From contig NC_134027.1 of assembly GCF_964204645.1 (NCBI RefSeq), forward strand, positions 17,818,560 through 17,882,559: a stretch of DNA of 64,000 nucleotides, in the 5' to 3' direction. This document shows positions 34,897 to 48,302 of the stretch, piece by piece. Numbering within the stretch: position 1 is the stretch's first letter; the number at the start of each line of letters is the position of its first letter. This stretch comes from Tubulanus polymorphus. Lineage: Eukaryota; Animalia; Nemertea. The notes under the pieces are model-generated. The model was not told the origin of the DNA and ran no database searches. It saw only the letters and a list, made by a program, of their open reading frames with translations. Both the position numbers and the translations under genes were made by a program.

Positions 34897-34976
34897 TTAT
34901 TAGGAAAACAAATTACTTGTGGTGATGAGTGGTCGACCTTCGACCTCTGATCTGAAAGCCCACTTTCCCTATTACT
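34892..34976 (-). repeat. Right TIR of element B (includes the polB ATG at 34896)
   Basis: Reverse complement of 18976-19060. Confidence 0.97.
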
Positions 34977-37119
34977 AATATTGAATTGACGCGGGTGACA
35001 AAACCAAAATATTGAATTGTCGCGGACGACAAAACCAAACTAATGAATTGTCGCAAACGATAAAACCAAAATAATGAATGCGACAAAATCAAAATCATTG
35101 TTTTCTCGCGTTATTTTAGTTTTGTCGTTTTGTCGTAATGTCGCCCTCATTTGCATATTCGTGTTTTTTTATCTTATCAGCCACCATACTAAAGCCTTAA
35201 GGTCGCGTAAAACTCGATAAACACTTCAAGCGACACAGCGAACGATCTCCTTTCCCCCACAGTGAACGCTTACTCCGAATGTCAAGTGTGAGTCCAGCAT
35301 ACGGATAGGAGTGTGTTATATACTTGTATTTAGTAAATACCTTGTGGATTTGACAATGATCGGTATGTACTGTAGGAAATATAGAGTATTGATGGTATTG
35401 ATATAGAGGTTGAAGCCCGCGGCCGAATAAAGTAATATATTCTTTTATTCTGATACCTCGTCGACCTAACAGCTTTTCTCCGCTATATCTCTTCGGCGTG
35501 TTTAGTTTAGGCCTACGACTCCCCGGAACACTTATGATTTATCTTAGTGAATACACGGTTAATTTGGTAAAGAAAAATAGGTATTGCTAAACTAACTGCT
35601 AGACGCCCGCAGCCAAATCACTGGTAGTAATAAATTAATTTGTACTCGATTTGATTCTCATGATGAGGAGAAACTCGCAGCTGATCCCCGGAACGACGAT
35701 GTAGTGACACACGTCGATTTGTCGATGTTTACGGCTCGACAGTGCATTTAAAATCTAAAGTAGTAAATTTCCTTTGTATCGGTAATATGATTTGATGAGG
35801 AAATTGGGCTATTGTTAAAATTAGTTTTTAAAAACCGCGACAGAATGTGCAATCTTTGGGTAATAAATTTGTTAATTTATGCTTGAATTGATAATCGACG
35901 TGACAAGAAACGTGCGGTAGATTTCAGAAAGACGACTGAGAAAAACATGTCCGCTCTTTGAATGGGGCTCAATTTTAGATGTTTACGGCCCGACAGTGCT
36001 TTTGTAACGTTGATTCTTCAAAATTCGCACGGAGTATTTGTAAATTGAAGTGAGCTGAATGATATCAGACGGATTGTATCGGCAACAGCGATAATGTAAA
36101 AAAGCCTATGTACTTTTGAAAAAAAAAGTGTGGAAAAAAATAATAATAAGAAATATAGCTGCAAAGCAGCGATTACGGGTTTTCTGCACAGTCTTAGAAT
36201 CCTGTTCAACGGTGGATTTCGACGAAGCATTTGATAAGGCACAACATCAGCCATTACTAAACAGGCTATTAGGAAACAGTATCAATGATAGGTCGCCCAA
36301 ATGGCTCAGCAGTTATCTCTGAACGAAAACTTGTAGCCGAAATCAACGGAACGCCTCATCTTGGAATAAGTCGGTAAAACTAGTGGAGTCACGCAAGGTC
36401 TATCCTAAGTTGTCTTCTGTTTAATGTCCTGACAAATAACATACACAGTAATCCAACATACAAACCAAAATATTGAATTGTCGCGGGCGACAAAACCAAA
36501 CTAATGAATTGTCGCGACAACTCGAGGCCCTTTATCGCTTCCGTACTATATCAGATTAATCGACTTCAAAATAGGCGAAAGCATAAGTCTTTATTACGTT
36601 ATTAATTGGCCTAATTATTCAAAAGCTAAGGAAGCGATAAGGGTCCTCGAGATGTCGCGTTCCAACTCGACAAGTCGCCATATTTATGTCGACATACCGC
36701 GATATATCGCGTCAAGTCGACATGAATATGTTGATATACTGTGACGTTTTGACGACATATTTCGTTTTCTCGACCATTTTTCTCGCGACAAGTCGACATA
36801 TTCATGATGACTTGAAACTCAGTCGTCATATTACTAGCGTACTCATCTTACATTAAGACATGTCTTCAAATGACGGCTTGTCCCGTGGAAAATGAGCAAA
36901 AAAGCGAAATTTGTCGTGAAAACGTCACGATATGTAGACATATTCGTGTGGACTTGACGCGATATATCGACATAAATATGGCGACTTGTCGAGTTTGTAC
37001 GCGACAACTCGAGGCCCTTTATCGCTTCCGTACTATATCAGATTAATCGACTTCAAAATAAGGGAAAGCATAAGTCTTTATTACGTTACTAATTGGCCTA
37101 ATTATTCAAAAGCTAATAA

Positions 37120-38170
37120 AGTGGGCGACAAAACCAAAAAAATAATTGTCGCGGGCGATAAAACCAAAATAATCAATTGTCGCTGGCGATAAAACCAAAA
37201 TATTGAATTGTCGCGGGCGACAAAACCAAAAAATGAATTGTCGCGGGCGATAAAACCAAAATCTTGAATTGTCGCGGGCGACATAACCAAAATATTGAAT
37301 TGTCGCGGGCGACAAAACCAAACTAATGAATTGTCGCGGGCGATAAAACCAAAATATTGAATTGTCGCGTGGGACAAAACCAAAATATTGAATAGTCGCG
37401 AGCGACAAAACCAAACTAATGAATTGTCGCGGGCGATAAAACCAAAATAATGAATTGTCGCTGGCGATAAAACCAAAATATTGAATTGTCGCAGGTGATA
37501 AAACCAAAATATTGAAGTGTCGCAGGCGATAAAACCGCGACAAAAAAAAATTGTCGCGGGCGATAAAACCAAAATAATGAATTGTCGCGTGCGACAAAAC
37601 CAAAATAATGAATTGTCGTGGGCGATAAAACCAAAATGATGAATTGTCGCGGGCGACAAAACCAAAATAATGAATTGTCGCTGGCGATAAAACCAAAATA
37701 TTGAATTGTCTCAGGCGATAAAACCAAAATATTGAATTGTCGTGTGGTACAAAACCAAAATATTGAATTGTCGCGGGCGACAAAACCAAACTAATGAATT
37801 GTCGCGGGTGATAAAACCAAAATAATGAATTGTCGTGAGCGATAAAACCAAAATATTGAATTGTCGCAGGCCATAAAACCGCGAAAAAAAAAATAAATTG
37901 TCGCGGGCGATAAAACCAAAATAATGAATTTTTGCGTGCGACAACACCAAAATAATGAATTGTCGCGGGCGATAAAACCAAAATAATGAATTGTCGCGGG
38001 CGATAAAACCAAAATATTGAATTGTCGTGGGCGACAAAACCAAAATTTTGATTTGTCGCGGGTGACTAAAACCAAATTAATGAATTGTCGCGGGCGATAA
38101 AACCGAAATAATGAATTGTCGCGGGCGATAAAACCAAAATAATGAATTGTCGCGGGCGATAAAACCAAAA
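37120..38170. repeat. 31-bp satellite array
   Basis: Tandem units. Confidence 0.95.
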
Positions 38171-40135
38171 TTATTGTTTTGTCGCGTTATTTTAGTTTTG
38201 TCATTTTGTCATAATGTCGCCCTCATTTGCATATACGTGTTTTTTTACGCATGGCCCTTATCAGCCACCATACTAAAGCTTTAAGGTCGCGTAAAACTCG
38301 ATAAACATTTCAAGCGACACATCGAACGATCTCCTTTCCCCACAGCGAACGCTTAACCTAGTAGAGGCTACTAGCCTATGTAAGCCTATGTATATGCGTA
38401 GGCCTAACATCCGGACAGATTGGTCGTAGGCCTATTGAATAACAACCCACCTAAATATCGTAAATTTTGTTTTGAAGTTCAATCCAATGAGTCCGTTAAT
38501 AAACGCAACAATTATACTGTGTTTGTTTGAGACAGTAAAGCTCAGTACCGGTAGGCCTAAAGCCGCGTCAAACTCGATAAACACTTCAAGCGACAAAGCG
38601 AACGATCTCCTTTCCCCCACAGCGAACGCTTACTCCAAATTTCAAGTGTGACTCCAGCATACGGAAAGGAGTGTGTTATATACTTGTATTTAGTAAATAC
38701 CTTGTGCATTTGACAATGATCGGTATGTACTGTAGGAACTATAGAGTATTGATGGTATTGATATAGAGGTTGAAGCCCGCAGCCGAATAAAGTAATATAT
38801 TATTTTATTTTGATACCTCGTCGACATAACAGCTTTTCTCCGCTATATCTCTTCGGCGTGTTTCGTTTAGGCCTACGACTCCCCGGTACACTCATGATTT
38901 ATCTTAGTAAATACACGGTTAATTTGGTAAAGAAAAATAGGTATTGCTAAATTAACTGCTTAACGCCCGCAGCCAAATCACTGGTAGTAATAAATTAATT
39001 TGTACTCGATTTGATTCTCAGCCACGGAACGACGATGTAGTGACACACGTCGATTTGTCGATGTTTACGGCTCGACACTGCTTTTAAAATCTAAAGTAGT
39101 AAATTTCCTGTGTATCAGTAATATAATTTGATGAGGAAAATGGGTTACTGTTAAAATTAGTTTTTAAAAACCGCGACAGAATGTGCAATCTTTCGGTAAT
39201 AAATTTGTTAATTTATGCTTGAATTGATAATCGATGTGACAAGAAACGTGCGGTAGATTTCGGAAAGACGACTTAGAAAAACATGTCGGCTCTTTGAATG
39301 GGGCTCAATTTTCGATGTTTACGGCCCGACAGTGCTTTTGTAACGTTGATTCTTCAAAATTCGCACGGAGTATTTGTAGATCGAACTGAGCTGAATGATA
39401 TCAGACGGATTGTATCGGCAACAGCGGTTAGGTAAAAAAGCCTATGTACTTTTGAAAAAAAATGTGTGATAAAAAATGATAATAATAAATATAGCTGCAA
39501 AGCAGCGATAACGGGTTTTCTGCACAGTCTTAGAATCCTTTTCAACGGTGGATTTCAACAAAGCATTTGATAAGGCTCAACATCAGCCATTACTAAACAG
39601 GCTATTAGGAAACAGTATCAATGATAGGTCGCCCAAATGGCTCAGCAGTTATCTCTGAACGGAAACTTGTAACCGAAATCAACGGAACGCCTCATCTTGG
39701 AATGAGACGGTCTAACTAGTGGAGTCACGCAAGGTAGTATCCTAAGTCGTCTTCTGTTTAATGTCCTGACAAATGACATACACAGTAATCCAAAATATAC
39801 CAGACCGAGTAAATTTCCAAAACGACCTTAATACACTGTTCGACCAAAAAACTTAATGTTCCGACAAAACCACGGGGACAAAACCAAAATTATGAATTGT
39901 CGCGGGTGACAAAACCAAAATATTGAATTGTCACGGGCGACAAAACAAAAATAATGAATTGTCGCGGGCGATAAAAACCAAAATAATGAATTGTCGGGGG
40001 CGATAAAACCAAAATATTGAATTGTCGCGGTCGATAAAACCAAAATAATGAATTGTCGCGGACGACAAAAACAAAATATTGAATTGTTGCGTGCGACAAA
40101 ACCAAAATAGTGAATTGTCGCGGGCGACAAAACCA

Positions 40136-41390
40136 AACTAGGGGTCCAGGGACACCATGCTCACTTGGGAAGTGGTTTCAAATGCTCAACAATCTAACAA
40201 TTTCAATACATAACGCCCTCTAGTGACCATATACAAAAACCAATGACCTTGAAACCCACCACAATCATAGAACATGTGAGCAGCTATGATTTTGTAATTG
40301 ATTGTGATAACAAAATATGCCTCGTTACCAATTTAATATGGAAATACTAAGTTATTCTGCTATTCAACGCCCCCTGGTGACCATATGCAAAACCCAATGA
40401 CCTTAAAACTCACCCCAATCGTAGTACATGTCATGAAATACAACTTTGCAATTGATCATAGTAACAAAATATGCCTAGGTACCAATCTAATGAGGAAATA
40501 CTAAGCCATTCTACTATTCAACGCCCCCTGGTGACTATATGGAATAACTGATGTCCTTAAAAACTCACCACAATCATAGACGATGTCATGAACTACAACT
40601 TTGCAATTGATCATGGTAACAAAATATGCCTTGGTACAAATATAGCAATACTAAGTTATTGTATTATTCAACGCCCCCTGATGGCCACATACAAAAACCA
40701 ATGACCTTGAAACTCACCAAAATCATAGAACACGTTATGGGCTACAACTTTCCAATTGAATATAGTAACACAATATGCTTAGTTATCAATTTAATGTGGA
40801 AAAACTTTTTCCCACCTACGAATGAGTACTGATGACACCAAGATGGCCGCCAATTGCGTCATAATTGGCTGATCAAAGATACCTGTCCCAGGTATAAAAC
40901 ATCCCTCTCTGAAGAATACCCATCAGCAATTGCAATGAGAAATGGCAAACCAGTAGGCTACGTGACCTAGAATTCTGGCCAAAATTGACATTTTTGGGCA
41001 CTAAAAAGGTCATAGGACGGCCATCTTGAGTCAGATCGACCCAATTTTCTTATGCTGATGGGCCTTTGGTAGATTCAAATATAAACGAATGATCAAGGTA
41101 ATTGATCAAAGCGTCTTCAAAATTTCCCACGAAAACTTCGAAAATGTTTAAAAAGTGCCGATTTTGGCAAACAACAATGGCTGCCAGTCGGCCATTTTGA
41201 ATCTGACAGGGCCAGTTTTTGGGCTGACGATGAGTCTAGGGTAGATACATGTATAAACCAAATATCAAGACATTACCTTGAAGCGTCTTCAAAACTTCCC
41301 AAAATAACTGGATTCCGTCTATGGACGGACGGACGGACGAAAAGTGAACGCAATAGCCCGCTGGGACTAAAGTCCCAAGTGGACTGAAAA
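40136..41390. mobile_element. HINE-like element copy
   Basis: Same structure as 16944-18357 with one fewer 154-bp unit; preceded by satellite at 39875-40135. Confidence 0.75.
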
Positions 41391-42788
41391 ATAATTGTCG
41401 CGGGCGACAAAACCAAAATATTGAATTGTCGCGGGCGACAAAACCAAACTAATGAATTGTCGCGGGCGACAAAACCAAACTAATGAATTGTCGCGGGCGA
41501 TAAAACCAAACTAATGAATTGTCGCGGGCGATAAAACAAAAATATTGAATCGTCGCCGGCGATAAAACCAAAATAATGAATCGTCTCGGGCGACAAAAAC
41601 AAAATATTGAATCGTCGCGGGCGACAAAATCAAAATAATGAATTGTCGCGGGCGACAAAACCAAAATATTGAATTGTCGCGGGCGACAAAACCAAAAAAA
41701 AATTGGCGTGGGCGATAAAAACAAAATATAAAACCAAAATAATGAATTGTCGTGGGCGATAAAACCAAAATAATGAATTGTCGCGGGCGATAAAACCAAA
41801 ATAATGAATTATCGCGGGCGATAAAACCAAAATATTGAATTGTCGCAGGCGATAAAACAAAAATAATGAATTATCGCGGGCGACAAAACCAAAATATTGA
41901 ATTGTCGCGGGCGACAAAACCAAAAAAAGAATTGTCGGGGCAACAAAACAAAAATAATGAATTGTCGCGGGCGATAAATCAAAATTAATGAATTGTCGCG
42001 GGCGATAAAACCAAAATAATGAATTGTCGCGGGCGACAAAACCAAAATGGTTAATTGTCGCGGGCGACAAAACCAAAAAGGTGAATTGTCGCGGGCGACA
42101 AAACCAAAATGGTGAATTGTCGCGGGCGACAAAACCAAAATAATGAATTGTCGCGGGCAATAAAACCGTAATAATGAATTGTCGCGGGCGATAAAACCAA
42201 AATAATGAATTGTCTCAGGCGACAAAACCAAAATAATGAATTATCGCGGGCGATAAAACAAAAATATTGAATTGTCGCGGGCGATAAAACCAAAAAAGAA
42301 AATTGTCGCGGGTGACAAAAACAAAATATAAAACTAAAATAATGAATTGTCGCGGGCGACAAAACCAATTTAATGAATAGTCGCGGGCGATAAAACCAAA
42401 CTAATGAATTGTCGGGGGCGATAAAACCAAACTAATGAATTGTCGCGGGCGATAAAACCAAAATAATGAATTGTCTCGGACGACAAAAACAAGGTATTGA
42501 ATCGTCGCGGGCGACAAAATCAAAATAATGAATTGTCGCGGGCGACAAAACCAAAATAATGAATTGATGCGGGCGATAAAACCAAAATAATAAATGGTCT
42601 CGGGAGACAAAACCAAAATAATGAATTGTCGCGGGCGATAAAAACAAAATATTGAATTGTCGCGGGCGATAAAACCAAAATAATGAATTATCGCGGGCGA
42701 TAAACCAAAATATTGAATTGTCGCGGGCGATAAAACCAAAATAATGAATTGTCGCGGGCGACAAAACCAAAATATTGAATTGTCGCGG
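41390..42788. repeat. 31-bp satellite array
   Basis: Tandem units. Confidence 0.95.
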
Positions 42789-43984
42789 AATGATGCAATC
42801 GTGAGTTGAAATAATACCTGAACAAATCGATGCACAGACATTTACTTTATATATCTACTTGAACAATCGAGCCTACTCAGTAATATACTCAGTTTTTACG
42901 AAACCTGGAGTTTTTGTTTCAGAGAAATTTGAGTATCAGTATCCGATGCTATATACTAACGTTAACGTTAGTTATCATCGCTCCGTCATGCTAAGTTATA
43001 CATTTCATGTCAACCAGTATCTACAGGCAGCTGTACAGTGTGTACACACTATATCTGAATACGAGGCTGGAATAACAGGCTCACTTCACGTAGGTTCATG
43101 ATGAGGAGAAACTCGCAGCTGATCCCCGGAACGACGATGGAGTAACACACGTCGATTCGTCGATGTTTACGGCTCGACAGTGCTTTTAAAATCTAATGTA
43201 GTAAATTTCCAGTGTATCGGTAATATGATTTGATGAGGAAAATGGGCTATTGTTAAAATCACTGTTTGAAGACCACGACTGAATGTGAAGTCTGCAGCAA
43301 TAAATTAGTTCATTTATACTTGAATTGATAATCGAAGTGACAGTCGGCCTGCGGGTTGATTTCGGGATGACGACTCGAAAAACATGTCGCCCCATTGAAT
43401 GGGGCTAAATTTTCGATGTTTACGGCCCGACAGCGCTTTTGTAACGATGATTCGTGAAAAAACACGCGGGCTATTTGTAGATCTCAGTGAGCTGAACGAT
43501 ATTATATGGATTGTATATGAAACAGCGGTAAGGTAACAAAGCCTATGTTCTTTTGGTAAAAATAGTGTGGAAGAAAATAATAATAATAATAATCACGCGG
43601 ATATCAATAGGGTTTTCTGTGAAATAACAGAAAACCCTAAATATAGCTGCAAAGCAGCGAGAACGGGTTTTCTGCACAGTCTTAGAATCCTGTTCAACGG
43701 TGGATTTCGACGAAGCATTTGATAAGGCACAACATCAGCCATTACTAAACAGGCTATTAGGAAACAGTATCAATGATAGGTCACCCAAATGGCTCAGCAG
43801 TTATCTCTGAACGAAAACTTGTAGCCGAAATCAACGGAACGCCTCATCTTGGAATAAGTCGGTCAAACTAGTGGAGTCACGCAAGGTAGTATCCTAAGTT
43901 GTCTTCTGTTTAATGTCCTGACAAATGACATACACACTAATCCAACATATCCCAGACCGAGTAAATTTCCAAATCGACCTTAAC

Positions 43985-44420
43985 ACGCTGTTCGACCAAA
44001 AAACTTCATGTTCCAACAAGAAAATCTTGTTCAAATGAAAATAATTCTGTTTGATCGAACAATACGCTTTTTGCTTGAACCAAAAATTTTCTTCATTCTG
44101 ACAAAAAATGTGTTCGAATAAAAAGCTAAGTTATTGTTGAAATGAAAAATTTTAAGTCCCGGCAAAAAAATTTGGTCGAGCGAAAACAATTTTTTCGAAC
44201 GAATGTTTGAATGAAAACAATTCTGTTCGATTGAACGAAATACTTCATACTTTCGGTTCGGAGAAAAAACTTTTTTCAATATACTTGTTCGAACGAAAAA
44301 CTTAATGTTCTGACAAGAAAATTCTGTTCAAATTAAAAAAGATTCTGTTCAATTGAACGATTGTTCGAACGAAAACCCTTTCGTTTGGACAAAAAAAAGT
44401 TTGTTCAACTTTGTTCTTAC
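43985..44420. repeat. TTCGAA/GTTC-rich degenerate repeat module (copy at about 52500-53020)
   Basis: Recurring TTGTTCGAACGAAAA and AATTCTGTTC motifs; the module is duplicated. Confidence 0.65.
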
Positions 44421-44489
44421 GATTTTGTCGCGTCGCAGAAAGTAGAACACGTACGACTCCATGTGACTGGCGTTGCTGAAAGATCAGGA

Positions 44490-44960
44490 CGCCAGTGATA
44501 TGACGACTGAGTTTCAAGTCGTCAAAACGTCACGATACGTCAACATATTTATGTTGACTTGATGCGATATATCGCGATATATCGACATAAATATGGCGAC
44601 TTGTCGAGTTGGAACGCGACAACTTGAGGCCCTTTATCGCTTCCGTAGATCTTTCATTAAGTAGGATCACTTGAATGATCGCTTTAATATCACTTTTAAA
44701 AAAAAAGAATCTGCCAAAATGACCTTAATATTCGACACTATATCTACGGAAGCGATAAGGGGGCTCGAGATGTCGCGTTCCAACTCGACAAGTCGCCATA
44801 TCTATGTCGACATACCGCGATATATCGCGTCAAGTCGATATATCGTGACGTTTTGACGACATATTTCGTTTTCTCGACCATTTTCCTCGCGACAAGTCGA
44901 CATATTCATGACGACTTGAAACTCAGTCGTCATATTACTAGCGTCCTCACCTTACATTTA
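44490..44960. repeat. Foldback/MITE-like inverted-repeat module (related at about 36510-37110, 53250-53700, 54325-54620 and 61300-61890)
   Basis: GACTTGTCGAGTTGGAACGCGACA...CCCTTTATCGCTTCCGTAGA and its reverse complement face each other across a spacer of about 90 bp. Confidence 0.7.
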
Positions 44961-45004
44961 GACATGTCTTCAAATGACGGCTTGTCCCGTGGAAAATGAG
45001 CAAA

Positions 45005-46258
45005 AAATGAATTGTCGCGGGTGATAAAACCAAAATAATGAATTGTCGCTGGCGATAAAACCAAAATATTGAATTGTCGCAGGCGATAAAACCAAAAAAT
45101 TGAATTGTCGCGGGCGACAAAACCAAACTAATGAATTGTCACGGGTGATAAAACCAAAATAATGAATTGTCCCTGGCGATAAAACCAAAATATTGAATTG
45201 TCGCAGGCGATAAAACCAAAATATTGAATTGTCGCGTGGGACAAAACCAAAATTTTGAATTGTCACGGGCGACAAAACCAAACTAATGAATTTTCGCGGG
45301 CGATAAAACCAAAATAATGAATTGTCGCGGGCGATAAAACCAAAATAATGAATTGTTGCTGGTGATAAAACCAAAATATTGAATTGTCGCGGACGATAAA
45401 ACCAAAATAATGAATTGTCGCGGGCGATAAAACCAAAATAATGAATTGTCACGTGCGACAAAACCAAAATAATGAATTGTCGCGGGCGATAAAACCAAAA
45501 TAATGAATTGTCGCGGGCGATAGAACCAAAATAATGAATTGTCGCGGGCGACAAAACCAAACTAATGAATTGTTGCGGGCGATAAAACCAAAATAATGAA
45601 TTGTCGCTGGCGATAAAACCAAAATATTGGATTGTCGCAGGCGATAAAACCGCGACATAAAAAAAATTGTCGCAGGCGATAAAACCAAAATAATGAATTG
45701 TCGCGGGCGATAAAACCAAAATAATGAATTGTTGCGGGCGACAAAACCAAAATAATGTATTGTTGCGGGCGATAAAACCAAAATAATGAATTGTCGCTGG
45801 TGATAAAACCAAAATATTGAAGTGTCGCAGGCGATAAAACCACGACAAAAAAAAAATTGTCACAGGCGATAAAACCAAAATAATGAATTGTCGCGTGCTA
45901 CAAAACCAAAATAATGAACTGTCGCGGGCGATAAAACCAAAATAATGAAATGTCCCTGGCGATAAAACCAAAATAATGAATTGTCCCGGGCGACAAAACC
46001 AAAATATTGAATTGTCGCGGGCGACAAAACCAAACTAATGAATTGTTGCGGGCGATAAAACCAAAAAAATGAATTGTCGCTGGCGATAAAACCAAAATAT
46101 TGAATTGTCGCAGGCTATAAAACCGCGACAAAAAAAAAATTGTCGCGGGTGATAAAACCAAAATAATGAATTGTCGCGTGCGACAACACCAAAATAATGA
46201 ATTGTCGTGGGCGATAAAACCAAAATAATGAATTGTCGGGGGCGCCAAAACCAAAATT
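45005..46258. repeat. 31-bp satellite array
   Basis: Tandem units. Confidence 0.95.
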
Positions 46259-48302
46259 ATTGTTTTGTCGCCTTATTTTAGTTTTGTCGTCTTGTTATAA
46301 TGTCGCCCTCATTTGCATATACGTGTTTTTTTACGCATGGCCCTTATCAGCAACCATACTATAAAGCCTTAGTCGTAGTACTAAGGTCGCGTAAAACTCG
46401 ATAAACACTTCAAGCGACACAGCGAACGATCTCCTTTCCCCCACAGCGAACGCTTAACCTAGAAGTGGCTACTAGCCTATGTAGGCCTATGTATATGTGT
46501 AGGCCTAACATCCGGACAGATTGGTCGTAGGCCTATTGAATAACAACCCACCTAAATATCGTAAATTTTGTTTTCAAGTTCAATCCAATGAGTCCGTTAA
46601 TAAAGGCAACAATTATACTGTGTTTTAGTATAGCTCAGTACCGGTAGGCCTAAAGCCGCGTAAAACTCGATAAACACTTCAAGCGACACAGCGAACGATC
46701 TCCTTTCCCCCACAGCGAACGCTTACTCCGAATGTCAAGTGTGAGTCCAGCATACGGAAAGGAGTGTGTTATATACTTGTTTTTAGTAAATACCTTGTGC
46801 ATTTGACAATGATCGGTATGTACTGTAGGAAATATAGAGTATTGATGGTATTGGTATAGAGTTTGAAGCCCGCGGCCGAATAAAGTAGTATATTCTTTTA
46901 TTTTGATACCTCGTCGACATAACAGCTTTTCTCCGCTATATCTCTTCGGCGTGTTTGGTTTAGGCCTACGATTCCCCGGTACACTAAAGATTTATCTTAG
47001 TAAATACACGGTTAATTCGGTAAAGAAAAATAGGTATTGTTAAACTAACTCCTTGAAACCCGCAGCCAAATCACTGGTAGTAATAAATTAATTTGTACTC
47101 GATTTGATTCTCATGATGAGGAGAAACTCGCAGCTGATCCCCGGAACGACGATGTAGTAACACACGTCGATTCGTCGATGTTTACGGCTCGACAGTGCTT
47201 TTAAAATCTAAAGTAGTAAATTTCCAGTGTATCGGTAATATGATTTGATGAGGAAAATGGGCTATTGTTAAAATCACTGTTTGAAGACCGCGACTGAATT
47301 TGAAGTCTGCGGCAATAAATTAGTTCATTTATACTTGAATTGATAATCGAAGTGACAGTCGGCCTGCGGGTTGATTTCGGGATGACGACTCGAAAAACAT
47401 GTCGCCCCATTGAATGGGGCTAAATTTTCGATGTTTACGGCCCGACAGCGCTTTTGTAACGATGATTCGTGAAAAAACACGCGGGCTTTGTGTAGATCTC
47501 AGTGAGCTGAACGATATTATATGGATTGTATATGAAACAGCGGTAAGGTAACAAAGCCTATGTTCTTTTGGTAAAAATAGTGTGGAAGAAAATAATAATA
47601 ATAATAATCACGCGGATATCAATAGGGTTTTCTGTGAAATAACAGAAAACCCTAAATATAGCTGCAAAGCAGCGATAACGGGTTTTCTGCACAGTCTTAG
47701 AATCCTGTTCAACGGTGGATTTCGACGAAGCATTTGATAAGGCACAACATCAGCCATTACTAAACAGGCTATTAGGAAACAGTATCAATGATAGGTCGCC
47801 CAAATGGCTCAGCATTTATCTCTGAACGGAAACTTGTAACCGAAATCAACGGAACGCCTCATCTTGGAATGAGACGGTCTAACTAGTGGAGTCACGCAAG
47901 GTAGTATCCTAAGTCGTCTTCTGTTTAATGTCCTGACAAATGACATACACAGTAATCCAAAATATACCAGACCGAGTAAATTTCCAAAACGACCTTAACA
48001 CACTGTTCGACCAAAAAACTTAATGTTCCGACAAAACCACGGGTGACAAAACCAAAATAATGAATTGTCGCGGGTGACAAAACCAAAATATTGAATTGTC
48101 ACGGGCGACAAAACAAAAATAATGAATTGTCGCGGGCGATAAAACCAAAATAATGAATTGTCGGGGGCGATAAAACCAAAATATTGAATTTTCGCGGGCG
48201 ATAAAACCAAAATAATGAATTGTCGCGGACGACAAAAACAAAATATTGAATTGTTGCGTGCGACAAAACCAAAATAATGAATTGTCGCGGGCAACAAAAC
48301 CA

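Larger units (their letters stand above)
18976..34976 (-). mobile_element. Complete Polinton/Maverick (adintovirus-like) element B, 16001 bp
   Basis: 85-bp TIRs starting AGTAATAGGG and a 6-bp TSD AATATT (18970-18975 and 34977-34982). Encodes pPolB, rve integrase, A32-like ATPase, and major and minor capsid proteins. Confidence 0.97.

Noticed and set aside
37120-38170. CRISPR-like array (about 31-bp palindromic repeats)
   Set aside because: Units are head-to-tail with no unique spacers, there are no cas genes, and the context is eukaryotic.
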